The notes under the pieces were generated by a model that saw only the letters and a program-made list of their open reading frames with translations, searched no databases and was not told the DNA's origin. The translations under genes and the position numbers were made by a program. A stretch of DNA of 64,000 bases from Auanema rhodensis. Lineage: Eukaryota; Animalia; Nematoda. The stretch lies in NCBI GenBank assembly GCA_964057225.1, contig OZ059900.1, positions 25,420,001-25,484,000 on the forward strand, in the 5' to 3' direction. Below, one piece after another: positions 26,671-39,900 of the stretch (the stretch's first letter is position 1; every line of letters begins with the position of its first letter).

Positions 26671-29600
26671 CAGCATAATAAAATATTTCTCATGGGAAAT
26701 ACTGTGTTTTTGTATTTTTCTAGTGTTCAGCATGTAAAATGCTTCATTTTAGTATGTAACACGCTGAAATTCGTTGCATTTGACGACTCATATGAACAAA
26801 AATCGATTTAATCAATATTAGCCATAAGGGGCGTGCCCTCAGAATATGCTAATTTCCTTAATTTTCTAACCCCTGTTTTTTTGTCGTGAAAGTGGAACTA
26901 GACGTTGTACGAACAATTTTGAGCTAGGTTTCATTGACATTGCATGAGTTTGAACACATGAAATCGTAAGTCAAAACCTTGTTTACAGCGAAATTTCCAA
27001 AAACTGGTTTTCCAGCATAATAAAATATTTCTCATGGGAAATACTGTGTTTTTGTATTTTTCTAGTGTTCAGCATGTAAAATGCTTCATTTTAGTATGTA
27101 ACACGCTGAAATTCGTTGCATTTGACGACTCATATGAACAAAAATCGATTTAATCAATATTAGCCATAAGGGGCGTGCCCTCAGAATATGCTAATTTCCT
27201 TAATTTTCTAACCCCTGTTTTTTTGTCGTGAAAGTGGAACTAGACGTTCTACGAACAATTTTGAGCTAGGTTTCATTGACATTGCATGAGTTTGAACACA
27301 TGAAATCGTAAGTCAAAACCTTGTTTACAGCGAAATTTCCAAAAACTGGTTTTCCAGCATAATAAAATATTTCTCATGGGAAAAACTGTGTTTTTGTATT
27401 TTTCTAGTGTTCAGCATGTAAAATGCTTCATTTTAGTATGTAACACACTGAAATTTGTTGCATTTGACGACTCATATGAACAAAAATCGATTTAATCAAT
27501 ATTAGCCATAAGGGGCGTGCCCTCAGAATATGCTAATTTCTTTATTTTTCTAACCCCTGTTTTTTGTCGTGAAAGTGGAACTAGACGTTGTACGAACAAT
27601 TTTGAGCTAGGTTTCATTGACATTGCATGAGTTTGAACACATGAAATCGTAAGTCAAAACCTTGTTTACAGCGAAATTTCCAAAAACTGGTTTTCCAGCA
27701 TAATAAAATATTTCTCATGGGAAATACTGTGTTTTTGTATTTTTCTAGTGTTCAGCATGTAAAATGCTTCATTTTAGTATGTAACACGCTGAAATTCGTT
27801 GCATTTGACGACTCATATGAACAAAAATCGATTTAATCAATATTAGCCATAAGGGGCGTGCCCTCAGAATATGCTAATTTCCTTAATTTTCTAACCCCTG
27901 TTTTTTTGTCGTGAAAGTGGAACTAGACGTTCTACGAACAATTTTGAGCTAGGTTTCATTGACATTGCATGAGTTTGAACACATGAAATCGTAAGTCAAA
28001 ACCTTGTTTACAGCGAAATTTCCAAAAACTGGTTTTCCAGCATAATAAAATATTTCTCATGGGAAATACTGTGTTTTTGTATTTTTCTAGTGTTCAGCAT
28101 GTAAAATGCTTCATTTTAGTATGTAACACGCTGAAATTCGTTGCATTTGACGACTCATATGAACAAAAATCGATTTAATCAATATTAGCCATAAGGGGCG
28201 TGCCCTCAGAATATGCTAATTTCCTTAATTTTCTAACCCCTGTTTTTTTGTCGTGAAAGTGGAACTAGACGTTGTACGAACAATTTTGAGCTAGGTTTCA
28301 TTGACATTGCATGAGTTTGAACACATGAAATCGTAAGTCAAAACCTTGTTTACAGCGAAATTTCCAAAAACTGGTTTTCCAGCATAATAAAATATTTCTC
28401 ATGGGAAATACTGTGTTTTTGTATTTTTCTAGTGTTCAGCATGTAAAATGCTTCATTTTAGTATGTAACACGCTGAAATTCGTTGCATTTGACGACTCAT
28501 ATGAACAAAAATCGATTTAATCAATATTAGCCATAAGGGGCGTGCCCTCAGAATATGCTAATTTCCTTAATTTTCTAACCCCTGTTTTTTTGTCGTGAAA
28601 GTGGAACTAGACGTTCTACGAACAATTTTGAGCTAGGTTTCATTGACATTGCATGAGTTTGAACACATGAAATCGTAAGTCAAAACCTTGTTTACAGCGA
28701 AATTTCCAAAAACTGGTTTTCCAGCATAATAAAATATTTCTCATGGGAAAAACTGTGTTTTTGTATTTTTCTAGTGTTCAGCATGTAAAATGCTTCATTT
28801 TAGTATGTAACACACTGAAATTTGTTGCATTTGACGACTCATATGAACAAAAATCGATTTAATCAATATTAGCCATAAGGGGCGTGCCCTCAGAATATGC
28901 TAATTTCTTTATTTTTCTAACCCCTGTTTTTTGTCGTGAAAGTGGAACTAGACGTTGTACGAACAATTTTGAGCTAGGTTTCATTGACATTGCATGAGTT
29001 TGAACACATGAAATCGTAAGTCAAAACCTTGTTTACAGCGAAATTTCCAAAAACTGGTTTTCCAGCATAATAAAATATTTCTCATGGGAAATACTGTGTT
29101 TTTGTATTTTTCTAGTGTTCAGCATGTAAAATGCTTCATTTTAGTATGTAACACGCTGAAATTCGTTGCATTTGACGACTCATATGAACAAAAATCGATT
29201 TAATCAATATTAGCCATAAGGGGCGTGCCCTCAGAATATGCTAATTTCCTTAATTTTCTAACCCCTGTTTTTTTGTCGTGAAAGTGGAACTAGACGTTCT
29301 ACGAACAATTTTGAGCTAGGTTTCATTGACATTGCATGAGTTTGAACACATGAAATCGTAAGTCAAAACCTTGTTTACAGCGAAATTTCCAAAAACTGGT
29401 TTTCCAGCATAATAAAATATTTCTCATGGGAAATACTGTGTTTTTGTATTTTTCTAGTGTTCAGCATGTAAAATGCTTCATTTTAGTATGTAACACGCTG
29501 AAATTCGTTGCATTTGACGACTCATATGAACAAAAATCGATTTAATCAATATTAGCCATAAGGGGCGTGCCCTCAGAATATGCTAATTTCCTTAATTTTC

Positions 29601-29746
29601 TAACCCCTGTTTTTTTGTCGTGAAAGTGGAACTAGACGTTGTACGAACAATTTTGAGCTAGGTTTCATTGACATTGCATGAGTTTGAACACATGAAATCG
29701 TAAGTCAAAACCTTGTTTACAGCGAAATTTCCAAAAACTGGTTTTC
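26671..29746. repeat. 4-monomer tandem duplication (1367 bp), M79-M87
   Basis: consensus-[G237C]-[341-bp type]-[G237C] occurs twice. The 341-bp monomers start at 27355 and 28722. Confidence 0.85.
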
Positions 29747-32140
29747 CAGCATAATAAAATATTTCTCATGGGAAATACTGTGTTTTTGTATTTTTCTAGT
29801 GTTCAGCATGTAAAATGCTTCATTTTAGTATGTAACACGCTGAAATTCGTTGCATTTGACGACTCATATGAACAAAAATCGATTTAATCAATATTAGCCA
29901 TAAGGGGCGTGCCCTCAGAATATGCTAATTTCCTTAATTTTCTAACCCCTGTTTTTTTGTCGTGAAAGTGGAACTAGACGTTGTACGAACAATTTTGAGC
30001 TAGGTTTCATTGACATTGCATGAGTTTGAACACATGAAATCGTAAGTCAAAACCTTGTTTACAGCGAAATTTCCAAAAACTGGTTTTCCAGCATAATAAA
30101 ATATTTCTCATGGGAAATACTGTGTTTTTGTATTTTTCTAGTGTTCAGCATGTAAGATGCTTTATTTTAGTATGTAACACGCTGAAATTCGTTGCATTTG
30201 ACGACTCATATGAACAAAAATCGATTTAATCAATATTAGCCATAAGGGGCGTGCCCTCAGAATATGCTAATTTCCTTAATTTTCTAACCCCTGTTTTTTT
30301 GTTGTGAAAGTGGAACTAGACGTTGTACGAACAATTTTGAGCTAGGTTTCATTGACATTGCATGAGTTTGAACACATGAAATCGTAAGTCAAAACCTTGT
30401 TTACAGCGAAATTTCCAAAAACTGGTTTTCCAGCATAATAAAATATTTCTCAAGGGAAAAACTGTGTTTTTATATTTTTCTAGTGTTCAGCATGTGAAAT
30501 GCTTTATTTTAGTATGTAACACGCTGAAATTTGTTGCATTTGACGACTCATATGAACAAAAATCGATTTAATCAATATTAGCCATAAGGGGCGTGCCCTC
30601 AGAATATGCTAATTTCCTTAATTTTCTAACCCCTGTTTTTTTGTCGTGAAAGTGGAACTAGACGTTGTACGAACAATTTTGAGCTAGGTTTCATTGACAT
30701 TGCATCAGTTTGAACACATGAAATCGTAAGTCAAAACCTTGTTTACAGCGAAATTTCCAAAAACTGGTTTTCCAGCATAATAAAATATTTCTCATGGGAA
30801 ATACTGTGTTTTTGTATTTTTCTAGTGTTCAGCATGTAAAATGCTTCATTTTAGTATGTAACACGCTGAAATTCGTTGCATTTGACGACTCATATGAACA
30901 AAAATCGATTTAATCAATATTAGCCATAAGGGGCGTGCCCTCAGAATATGCTAATTTCCTTAATTTTCTAACCCCTGTTTTTTTGTCGTGAAAGTGGAAC
31001 TAGACGTTCTACGAACAATTTTGAGCTAGGTTTCATTGACATTGCATGAGTTTGAACACATGAAATCGTAAGTCAAAACCTTGTTTACAGCGAAATTTCC
31101 AAAAACTGGTTTTCCAGCATAATAAAATATTTCTCATGGGAAAAACTGTGTTTTTGTATTTTTCTAGTGTTCAGCATGTAAAATGCTTCATTTTAGTATG
31201 TAACACACTGAAATTTGTTGCATTTGACGACTCATATGAACAAAAATCGATTTAATCAATATTAGCCATAAGGGGCGTGCCCTCAGAATATGCTAATTTC
31301 CTTAATTTTCTAACCCCTGTTTTTTTGTCGTGAAAGTGGAACTAGACGTTGTACGAACAATTTTGAGCTAGGTTTCATTGACATTGCATGAGTTTGAACA
31401 CATGAAATCGTAAGTCAAAACCTTGTTTACAGCGAAATTTCCAAAAACTGGTTTTCCAGCATAATAAAATATTTCTCAAGGGAAAAACTGTGTTTTTATA
31501 TTTTTCTAGTGTTCAGCATGTGAAATGCTTTATTTTAGTATGTAACACGCTGAAATTTGTTGCATTTGACGACTCATATGAACAAAAATCGATTTAATCA
31601 ATATTAGCCATAACGGGCGTGCCCTCAGAATATGCTAATTTCCTTAATTTTCTAACCCCTGTTTTTTTGTCGTGAAAGTGGAACTAGACGTTGTACGAAC
31701 AATTTTGAGCTAGGTTTCATTGACATTGCATGAGTTTGAACACATGAAATCGTAAGTCAAAACCTTGTTTACAGCGAAATTTCCAAAAACTGGTTTTCCA
31801 GCATAATACAATATTTCTCATGGGAAATACTGTGTTTTTGTATTTTTCTAGTGTTCAGAATGTAGAATGCTTCATTTTAGTATGTAACACGCTGAAATTC
31901 GTTGCATTTGACGACTCATATGAACAAAAATCGATGTAATCAATATTAGCCATAAGGGGCGTGCCCTCAGAATATGCTAATTTCCTTAATTTTCTAACCC
32001 CTGTTTTTTTGTCGTGAAAGTGGAACTAGACGTTGTACGAACAATTTTGAGCTAGGTTTCATTGACATTGCATCAGTTTGAACACATGAAATCGTAAGTC
32101 AAAACCTTGTTTACAGCGAAATTTCCAAAAACTGGTTTTC

Positions 32141-35100
32141 CAGCATAATAAAATATTTCTCAAGGGAAAAACTGTGTTTTTATATTTTTCTAGTGTTCAG
32201 CATGTGAAATGCTTCATTTTAGTATGTAACACGCTGAAATTTGTTGCATTTGACGACTCATATGAACAAAAATCGATTTAATCAATATTAGCCATAAGGG
32301 GCGTGCCCTCAGAATATGCTAATTTCCTTAATTTTCTAACCCCTGTTTTTTTGTCGTGAAAGTGGAACTAGACGTTGTACGAACAATTTTGAGCTAGGTT
32401 TCATTGACATTGCATGAGTTTGAACACATGAAATCGTAAGTCAAAACCTTGTTTACAGCGAAATTTCCAAAAACTGGTTTTCCAGCATAATAAAATATTT
32501 CTCATGGGAAATACTGTGTTTTTGTATTTTTCTAGTGTTCAGAATGTAGAATGCTTCATTTTAGTATGTAACACGCTGAAATTCGTTGCATTTGACGACT
32601 CATATGAACAAAAATCGATTTAATCAATATTAGCCATAAGGGGCGTGCCCTCAGAATATGCTAATTTCCTTAATTTTCTAACCCCTGTTTTTTTGTCGTG
32701 AAAGTGGAACTAGACGTTGTACGAACAATTTTGAGCTAGGTTTCATTGACATTGCATGAGTTTGAACACATGAAATCGTAAGTCAAAACCTTGTTTACAG
32801 CGAAATTTCCAAAAACTGGTTTTCCAGCATAATAAAATATTTCTCATGGGAAAAACTGTGTTTTTGTATTTTTCTAGTGTTCAGCATGTAAAATGCTTCA
32901 TTTTAGTATGTAACACGCTGAAATTCGTTGCATTTGACGACTCATATGAACAAAAATCGATTTAATCAATATTAGCCATAAGGGGCGTGCCCTCAGAATA
33001 TGCTAATTTCCTTAATTTTCTAACCCCTGTTTTTTTGTCGTGAAAGTGGAACTAGACGTTGTACGAACAATTTTGAGCTAGGTTTCATTGACATTGCATG
33101 AGTTTGAACACATGAAATCGTAAGTCAAAACCTTGTTTACAGCGAAATTTCCAAAAACTGGTTTTCCAGCATAATAAAATATTTCTCATGGGAAATACTG
33201 TGTTTTTGTATTTTTCTAGTGTTCAGCATGTAAAATGCTTCATTTTAGTATGTAACACGCTGAAATTCGTTGCATTTGACGACTCATATGAACAAAAATC
33301 GATTTAATCAATATTAGCCATAAGGGGCGTGCACCTCAGAATATGCTAATTTCCTTAATTTTCTAACCCCTGTTTTTTTGTCGTGAAAGTGGAACTAGAC
33401 GTTGTACGAACAATTTTGAGCTAGGTTTCATTGACATTGCATGAGTTTGAACACATGAAATCGTAAGTCAAAACCTTGTTTACAGCGAAATTTCCAAAAA
33501 CTGGTTTTCCAGCATAATAAAATATTTCTCATGGGAAATACTGTGTTTTTGTATTTTTCTAGTGTTCAGCATGTAAAATGCTTCATTTTAGTATGTAACA
33601 CGCTGAAATTCGTTGCATTTGACGACTCATATGAACAAAAATCGATGTAATCAATATTAGCCATAAGGGGCGTGCCCTCAGAATATGCTAATTTCCTTAA
33701 TTTTCTAACCCCTGTTTTTTTGTCGTGAAAGTGGAACTAGACGTTGTACGAACAATTTTGAGCTAGGTTTCATTGACATTGCATCAGTTTGAACACATGA
33801 AATCGTAAGTCAAAACCTTGTTTACAGCGAAATTTCCAAAAACTGGTTTTCCAGCATAATAAAATATTTCTCAAGGGAAAAACTGTGTTTTTATATTTTT
33901 CTAGTGTTCAGCATGTGAAATGCTTCATTTTAGTATGTAACACGCTGAAATTTGTTGCATTTGACGACTCATATGAACAAAAATCGATTTAATCAATATT
34001 AGCCATAAGGGGCGTGCCCTCAGAATATGCTAATTTCCTTAATTTTCTAACCCCTGTTTTTTTGTCGTGAAAGTGGAACTAGACGTTGTACGAACAATTT
34101 TGAGCTAGGTTTCATTGACATTGCATGAGTTTGAACACATGAAATCGTGAGTCAAAACCTTGTTTACAGCGAAATTTCCAAAAACTGGTTTTCCAGCATA
34201 ATAAAATATTTCTCATGGGAAATACTGTGTTTTTGTATTTTTCTAGTGTTCAGAATGTAGAATGCTTCATTTTAGTATAAAACACGCTGAAATTCGTTGC
34301 ATTTGACGACTCATATGAACAAAAATCGATGTAATCAATATTAGCCATAAGGGGCGTGCCCTCAGAATATGCTAATTTCCTTAATTTTCTAACCCCTGTT
34401 TTTTTGTCGTGAAAGTGGAACTAGACGTTGTACGAACAATTTTGAGCTAGGTTTCATTGACATTGCATCAGTTTGAACACATGAAATCGTAAGTCAAAAC
34501 CTTGTTTACAGCGAAATTTCCAAAAACTGGTTTTCCAGCATAATAAAATATTTCTCAAGGGAAAAACTGTGTTTTTATATTTTTCTAGTGTTCAGCATGT
34601 GAAATGCTTCATTTTAGTATGTAACACGCTGAAATTTGTTGCATTTGACGACTCATATGAACAAAAATCGATTTAATCAATATTAGCCATAAGGGGCGTG
34701 CCCTCAGAATATGCTAATTTCCTTAATTTTCTAACCCCTGTTTTTTTGTCGTGAAAGTGGAACTAGACGTTGTACGAACAATTTTGAGCTAGGTTTCATT
34801 GACATTGCATGAGTTTGAACACATGAAATCGTAAGTCAAAACCTTGTTTACAGCGAAATTTCCAAAAACTGGTTTTCCAGCATAATAAAATATTTCTCAT
34901 GGGAAATACTGTGTTTTTGTATTTTTCTAGTGTTCAGAATGTAGAATGCTTCATTTTAGTATGTAACACGCTGAAATTCGTTGCATTTGACGACTCATAT
35001 GAACAAAAATCGATTTAATCAATATTAGCCATAAGGGGCGTGCCCTCAGAATATGCTAATTTCCTTAATTTTCTAACCCCTGTTTTTTTGTCGTGAAAGT

Positions 35101-36930
35101 GGAACTAGACGTTGTACGAACAATTTTGAGCTAGGTTTCATTGACATTGCATGAGTTTGAACACATGAAATCGTAAGTCAAAACCTTGTTTACAGCGAAA
35201 TTTCCAAAAACTGGTTTTCCAGCATAATAAAATATTTCTCATGGGAAAAACTGTGTTTTTGTATTTTTCTAGTGTTCAGCATGTAAAATGCTTCATTTTA
35301 GTATGTAACACGCTGAAATTCGTTGCATTTGACGACTCATATGAACAAAAATCGATTTAATCAATATTAGCCATAAGGGGCGTGCCCTCAGAATATGCTA
35401 ATTTCCTTAATTTTCTAACCCCTGTTTTTTTGTCGTGAAAGTGGAACTAGACGTTGTACGAACAATTTTGAGCTAGGTTTCATTGACATTGCATGAGTTT
35501 GAACACATGAAATCGTAAGTCAAAACCTTGTTTACAGCGAAATTTCCAAAAACTGGTTTTCCAGCATAATAAAATATTTCTCATGGGAAATACTGTGTTT
35601 TTGTATTTTTCTAGTGTTCAGCATGTAAAATGCTTCATTTTAGTATGTAACACGCTGAAATTCGTTGCATTTGACGACTCATATGAACAAAAATCGATTT
35701 AATCAATATTAGCCATAAGGGGCGTGCACCTCAGAATATGCTAATTTCCTTAATTTTCTAACCCCTGTTTTTTTGTCGTGAAAGTGGAACTAGACGTTGT
35801 ACGAACAATTTTGAGCTAGGTTTCATTGACATTGCATGAGTTTGAACACATGAAATCGTAAGTCAAAACCTTGTTTACAGCGAAATTTCCAAAAACTGGT
35901 TTTCCAGCATAATAAAATATTTCTCATGGGAAATACTGTGTTTTTGTATTTTTCTAGTGTTCAGCATGTAAAATGCTTCATTTTAGTATGTAACACGCTG
36001 AAATTCGTTGCATTTGACGACTCATATGAACAAAAATCGATGTAATCAATATTAGCCATAAGGGGCGTGCCCTCAGAATATGCTAATTTCCTTAATTTTC
36101 TAACCCCTGTTTTTTTGTCGTGAAAGTGGAACTAGACGTTGTACGAACAATTTTGAGCTAGGTTTCATTGACATTGCATCAGTTTGAACACATGAAATCG
36201 TAAGTCAAAACCTTGTTTACAGCGAAATTTCCAAAAACTGGTTTTCCAGCATAATAAAATATTTCTCAAGGGAAAAACTGTGTTTTTATATTTTTCTAGT
36301 GTTCAGCATGTGAAATGCTTCATTTTAGTATGTAACACGCTGAAATTCGTTGCATTTGACGACTCATATGAACAAAAATCGATGTAATCAATATTAGCCA
36401 TAAGGGGCGTGCCCTCAGAATATGCTAATTTCCTTAATTTTCTAACCCCTGTTTTTTTGTCGTGAAAGTGGAACTAGACGTTGTACGAACAATTTTGAGC
36501 TAGGTTTCATTGACATTGCATGAGTTTGAACACATGAAATCGTGAGTCAAAACCTTGTTTACAGCGAAATTTCCAAAAACTGGTTTTCCAGCATAATAAA
36601 ATATTTCTCATGGGAAATACTGTGTTTTTGTATTTTTCTAGTGTTCAGAATGTAGAATGCTTCATTTTAGTATAAAACACGCTGAAATTCGTTGCATTTG
36701 ACGACTCATATGAACAAAAATCGATTTAATCAATATTAGCCATAAGGGGCGTGCCCTCAGAATATGCTAATTTCCTTAATTTTCTAACCCCTGTTTTTTT
36801 GTCGTGAAAGTGGAACTAGACGTTGTACGAACAATTTTGAGCTAGGTTTCATTGACATTGCATGAGTTTGAACACATGAAATCGTAAGTCAAAACCTTGT
36901 TTACAGCGAAATTTCCAAAAACTGGTTTTC
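32141..36930. repeat. 7-monomer tandem duplication (2395 bp), M95-M101 / M102-M108
   Basis: 343-bp GTGCACCTC monomers at 33167 and 35562; A298G in M100 and M107; TATAAAAC variant in M101 and M108. Confidence 0.85.
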
Positions 36931-39900
36931 CAGCATAATAAAATATTTCTCATGGGAAAAACTGTGTTTTTGTATTTTTCTAGTGTTCAGCATGTAAAAT
37001 GCTTCATTTTAGTATGTAACACGCTGAAATTCGTTGCATTTGACGACTCATATGAACAAAAATCGATTTAATCAATATTAGCCATAAGGGGCGTGCCCTC
37101 AGAATATGCTAATTTCCTTAATTTTCTAACCCCTGTTTTTTTGTCGTGAAAGTGGAACTAGACGTTGTACGAACAATTTTGAGCTAGGTTTCATTGACAT
37201 TGCATGAGTTTGAACACATGAAATCGTAAGTCAAAACCTTGTTTACAGCGAAATTTCCAAAAACTGGTTTTCCAGCATAATAAAATATTTCTCATGGGAA
37301 ATACTGTGTTTTTGTATTTTTCTAGTGTTCAGCATGTAAGATGCTTTATTTTAGTATGTAACACGCTGAAATTCGTTGCATTTGACGACTCATATGAACA
37401 AAAATCGATTTAATCAATATTAGCCATAAGGGGCGTGCCCTCAGAATATGCTAATTTCCTTAATTTTCTAACCCCTGTTTTTTTGTCGTGAAAGTGGAAC
37501 TAGACGTTGTACGAACAATTTTGAGCTAGGTTTCATTGACATTGCATGAGTTTGAACACATGAAATCGTAAGTCAAAACCTTGTTTACAGCGAAATTTCC
37601 AAAAACTGGTTTTCCAGCATAATAAAATATTTCTCAAGGGAAAAACTGTGTTTTTATATTTTTCTAGTGTTCAGCATGTGAAATGCTTTATTTTAGTATG
37701 TAACACGCTGAAATTTGTTGCATTTGACGACTCATATGAACAAAAATCGATTTAATCAATATTAGCCATAAGGGGCGTGCCCTCAGAATATGCTAATTTC
37801 CTTAATTTTCTAACCCCTGTTTTTTTGTCGTGAAAGTGGAACTAGACGTTGTACGAACAATTTTGAGCTAGGTTTCATTGACATTGCATCAGTTTGAACA
37901 CATGAAATCGTAAGTCAAAACCTTGTTTACAGCGAAATTTCCAAAAACTGGTTTTCCAGCATAATAAAATATTTCTCATGGGAAATACTGTGTTTTTGTA
38001 TTTTTCTAGTGTTCAGCATGTAAAATGCTTCATTTTAGTATGTAACACGCTGAAATTCGTTGCATTTGACGACTCATATGAACAAAAATCGATTTAATCA
38101 ATATTAGCCATAAGGGGCGTGCCCTCAGAATATGCTAATTTCCTTAATTTTCTAACCCCTGTTTTTTTGTCGTGAAAGTGGAACTAGACGTTGTACGAAC
38201 AATTTTGAGCTAGGTTTCATTGACATTGCATGAGTTTGAACACATGAAATCGTAAGTCAAAACCTTGTTTACAGCGAAATTTCCAAAAACTGGTTTTCCA
38301 GCATAATAAAATATTTCTCAAGGGAAAAACTGTGTTTTTATATTTTTCTAGTGTTCAGCATGTGAAATGCTTTATTTTAGTATGTAACACGCTGAAATTT
38401 GTTGCATTTGACGACTCATATGAACAAAAATCGATTTAATCAATATTAGCCATAAGGGGCGTGCCCTCAGAATATGCTAATTTCCTTAATTTTCTAACCC
38501 CTGTTTTTTTGTCGTGAAAGTGGAACTAGACGTTGTACGAACAATTTTGAGCTAGGTTTCATTGACATTGCATGAGTTTGAACACATGAAATCGTAAGTC
38601 AAAACCTTGTTTACAGCGAAATTTCCAAAAACTGGTTTTCCAGCATAATAAAATATTTCTCATGGGAAATACTGTGTTTTTGTATTTTTCTAGTGTTCAG
38701 AATGTAGAATGCTTCATTTTAGTATGTAACACGCTGAAATTCGTTGCATTTGACGACTCATATGAACAAAAATCGATTTAATCAATATTAGCCATAAGGG
38801 GCGTGCCCTCAGAATATGCTAATTTCCTTAATTTTCTAACCCCTGTTTTTTTGTCGTGAAAGTGGAACTAGACGTTGTACGAACAATTTTGAGCTAGGTT
38901 TCATTGACATTGCATGAGTTTGAACACATGAAATCGTAAGTCAAAACCTTGTTTACAGCGAAATTTCCAAAAACTGGTTTTCCAGCATAATAAAATATTT
39001 CTCATGGGAAAAACTGTGTTTTTGTATTTTTCTAGTGTTCAGCATGTAAAATGCTTCATTTTAGTATGTAACACGCTGAAATTCGTTGCATTTGACGACT
39101 CATATGAACAAAAATCGATTTAATCAATATTAGCCATAAGGGGCGTGCCCTCAGAATATGCTAATTTCCTTAATTTTCTAACCCCTGTTTTTTTGTCGTG
39201 AAAGTGGAACTAGACGTTGTACGAACAATTTTGAGCTAGGTTTCATTGACATTGCATGAGTTTGAACACATGAAATCGTAAGTCAAAACCTTGTTTACAG
39301 CGAAATTTCCAAAAACTGGTTTTCCAGCATAATAAAATATTTCTCATGGGAAATACTGTGTTTTTGTATTTTTCTAGTGTTCAGCATGTAAAATGCTTCA
39401 TTTTAGTATGTAACACGCTGAAATTCGTTGCATTTGACGACTCATATGAACAAAAATCGATTTAATCAATATTAGCCATAAGGGGCGTGCACCTCAGAAT
39501 ATGCTAATTTCCTTAATTTTCTAACCCCTGTTTTTTTGTCGTGAAAGTGGAACTAGACGTTGTACGAACAATTTTGAGCTAGGTTTCATTGACATTGCAT
39601 GAGTTTGAACACATGAAATCGTAAGTCAAAACCTTGTTTACAGCGAAATTTCCAAAAACTGGTTTTCCAGCATAATAAAATATTTCTCATGGGAAATACT
39701 GTGTTTTTGTATTTTTCTAGTGTTCAGCATGTAAAATGCTTCATTTTAGTATGTAACACGCTGAAATTCGTTGCATTTGACGACTCATATGAACAAAAAT
39801 CGATGTAATCAATATTAGCCATAAGGGGCGTGCCCTCAGAATATGCTAATTTCCTTAATTTTCTAACCCCTGTTTTTTTGTCGTGAAAGTGGAACTAGAC

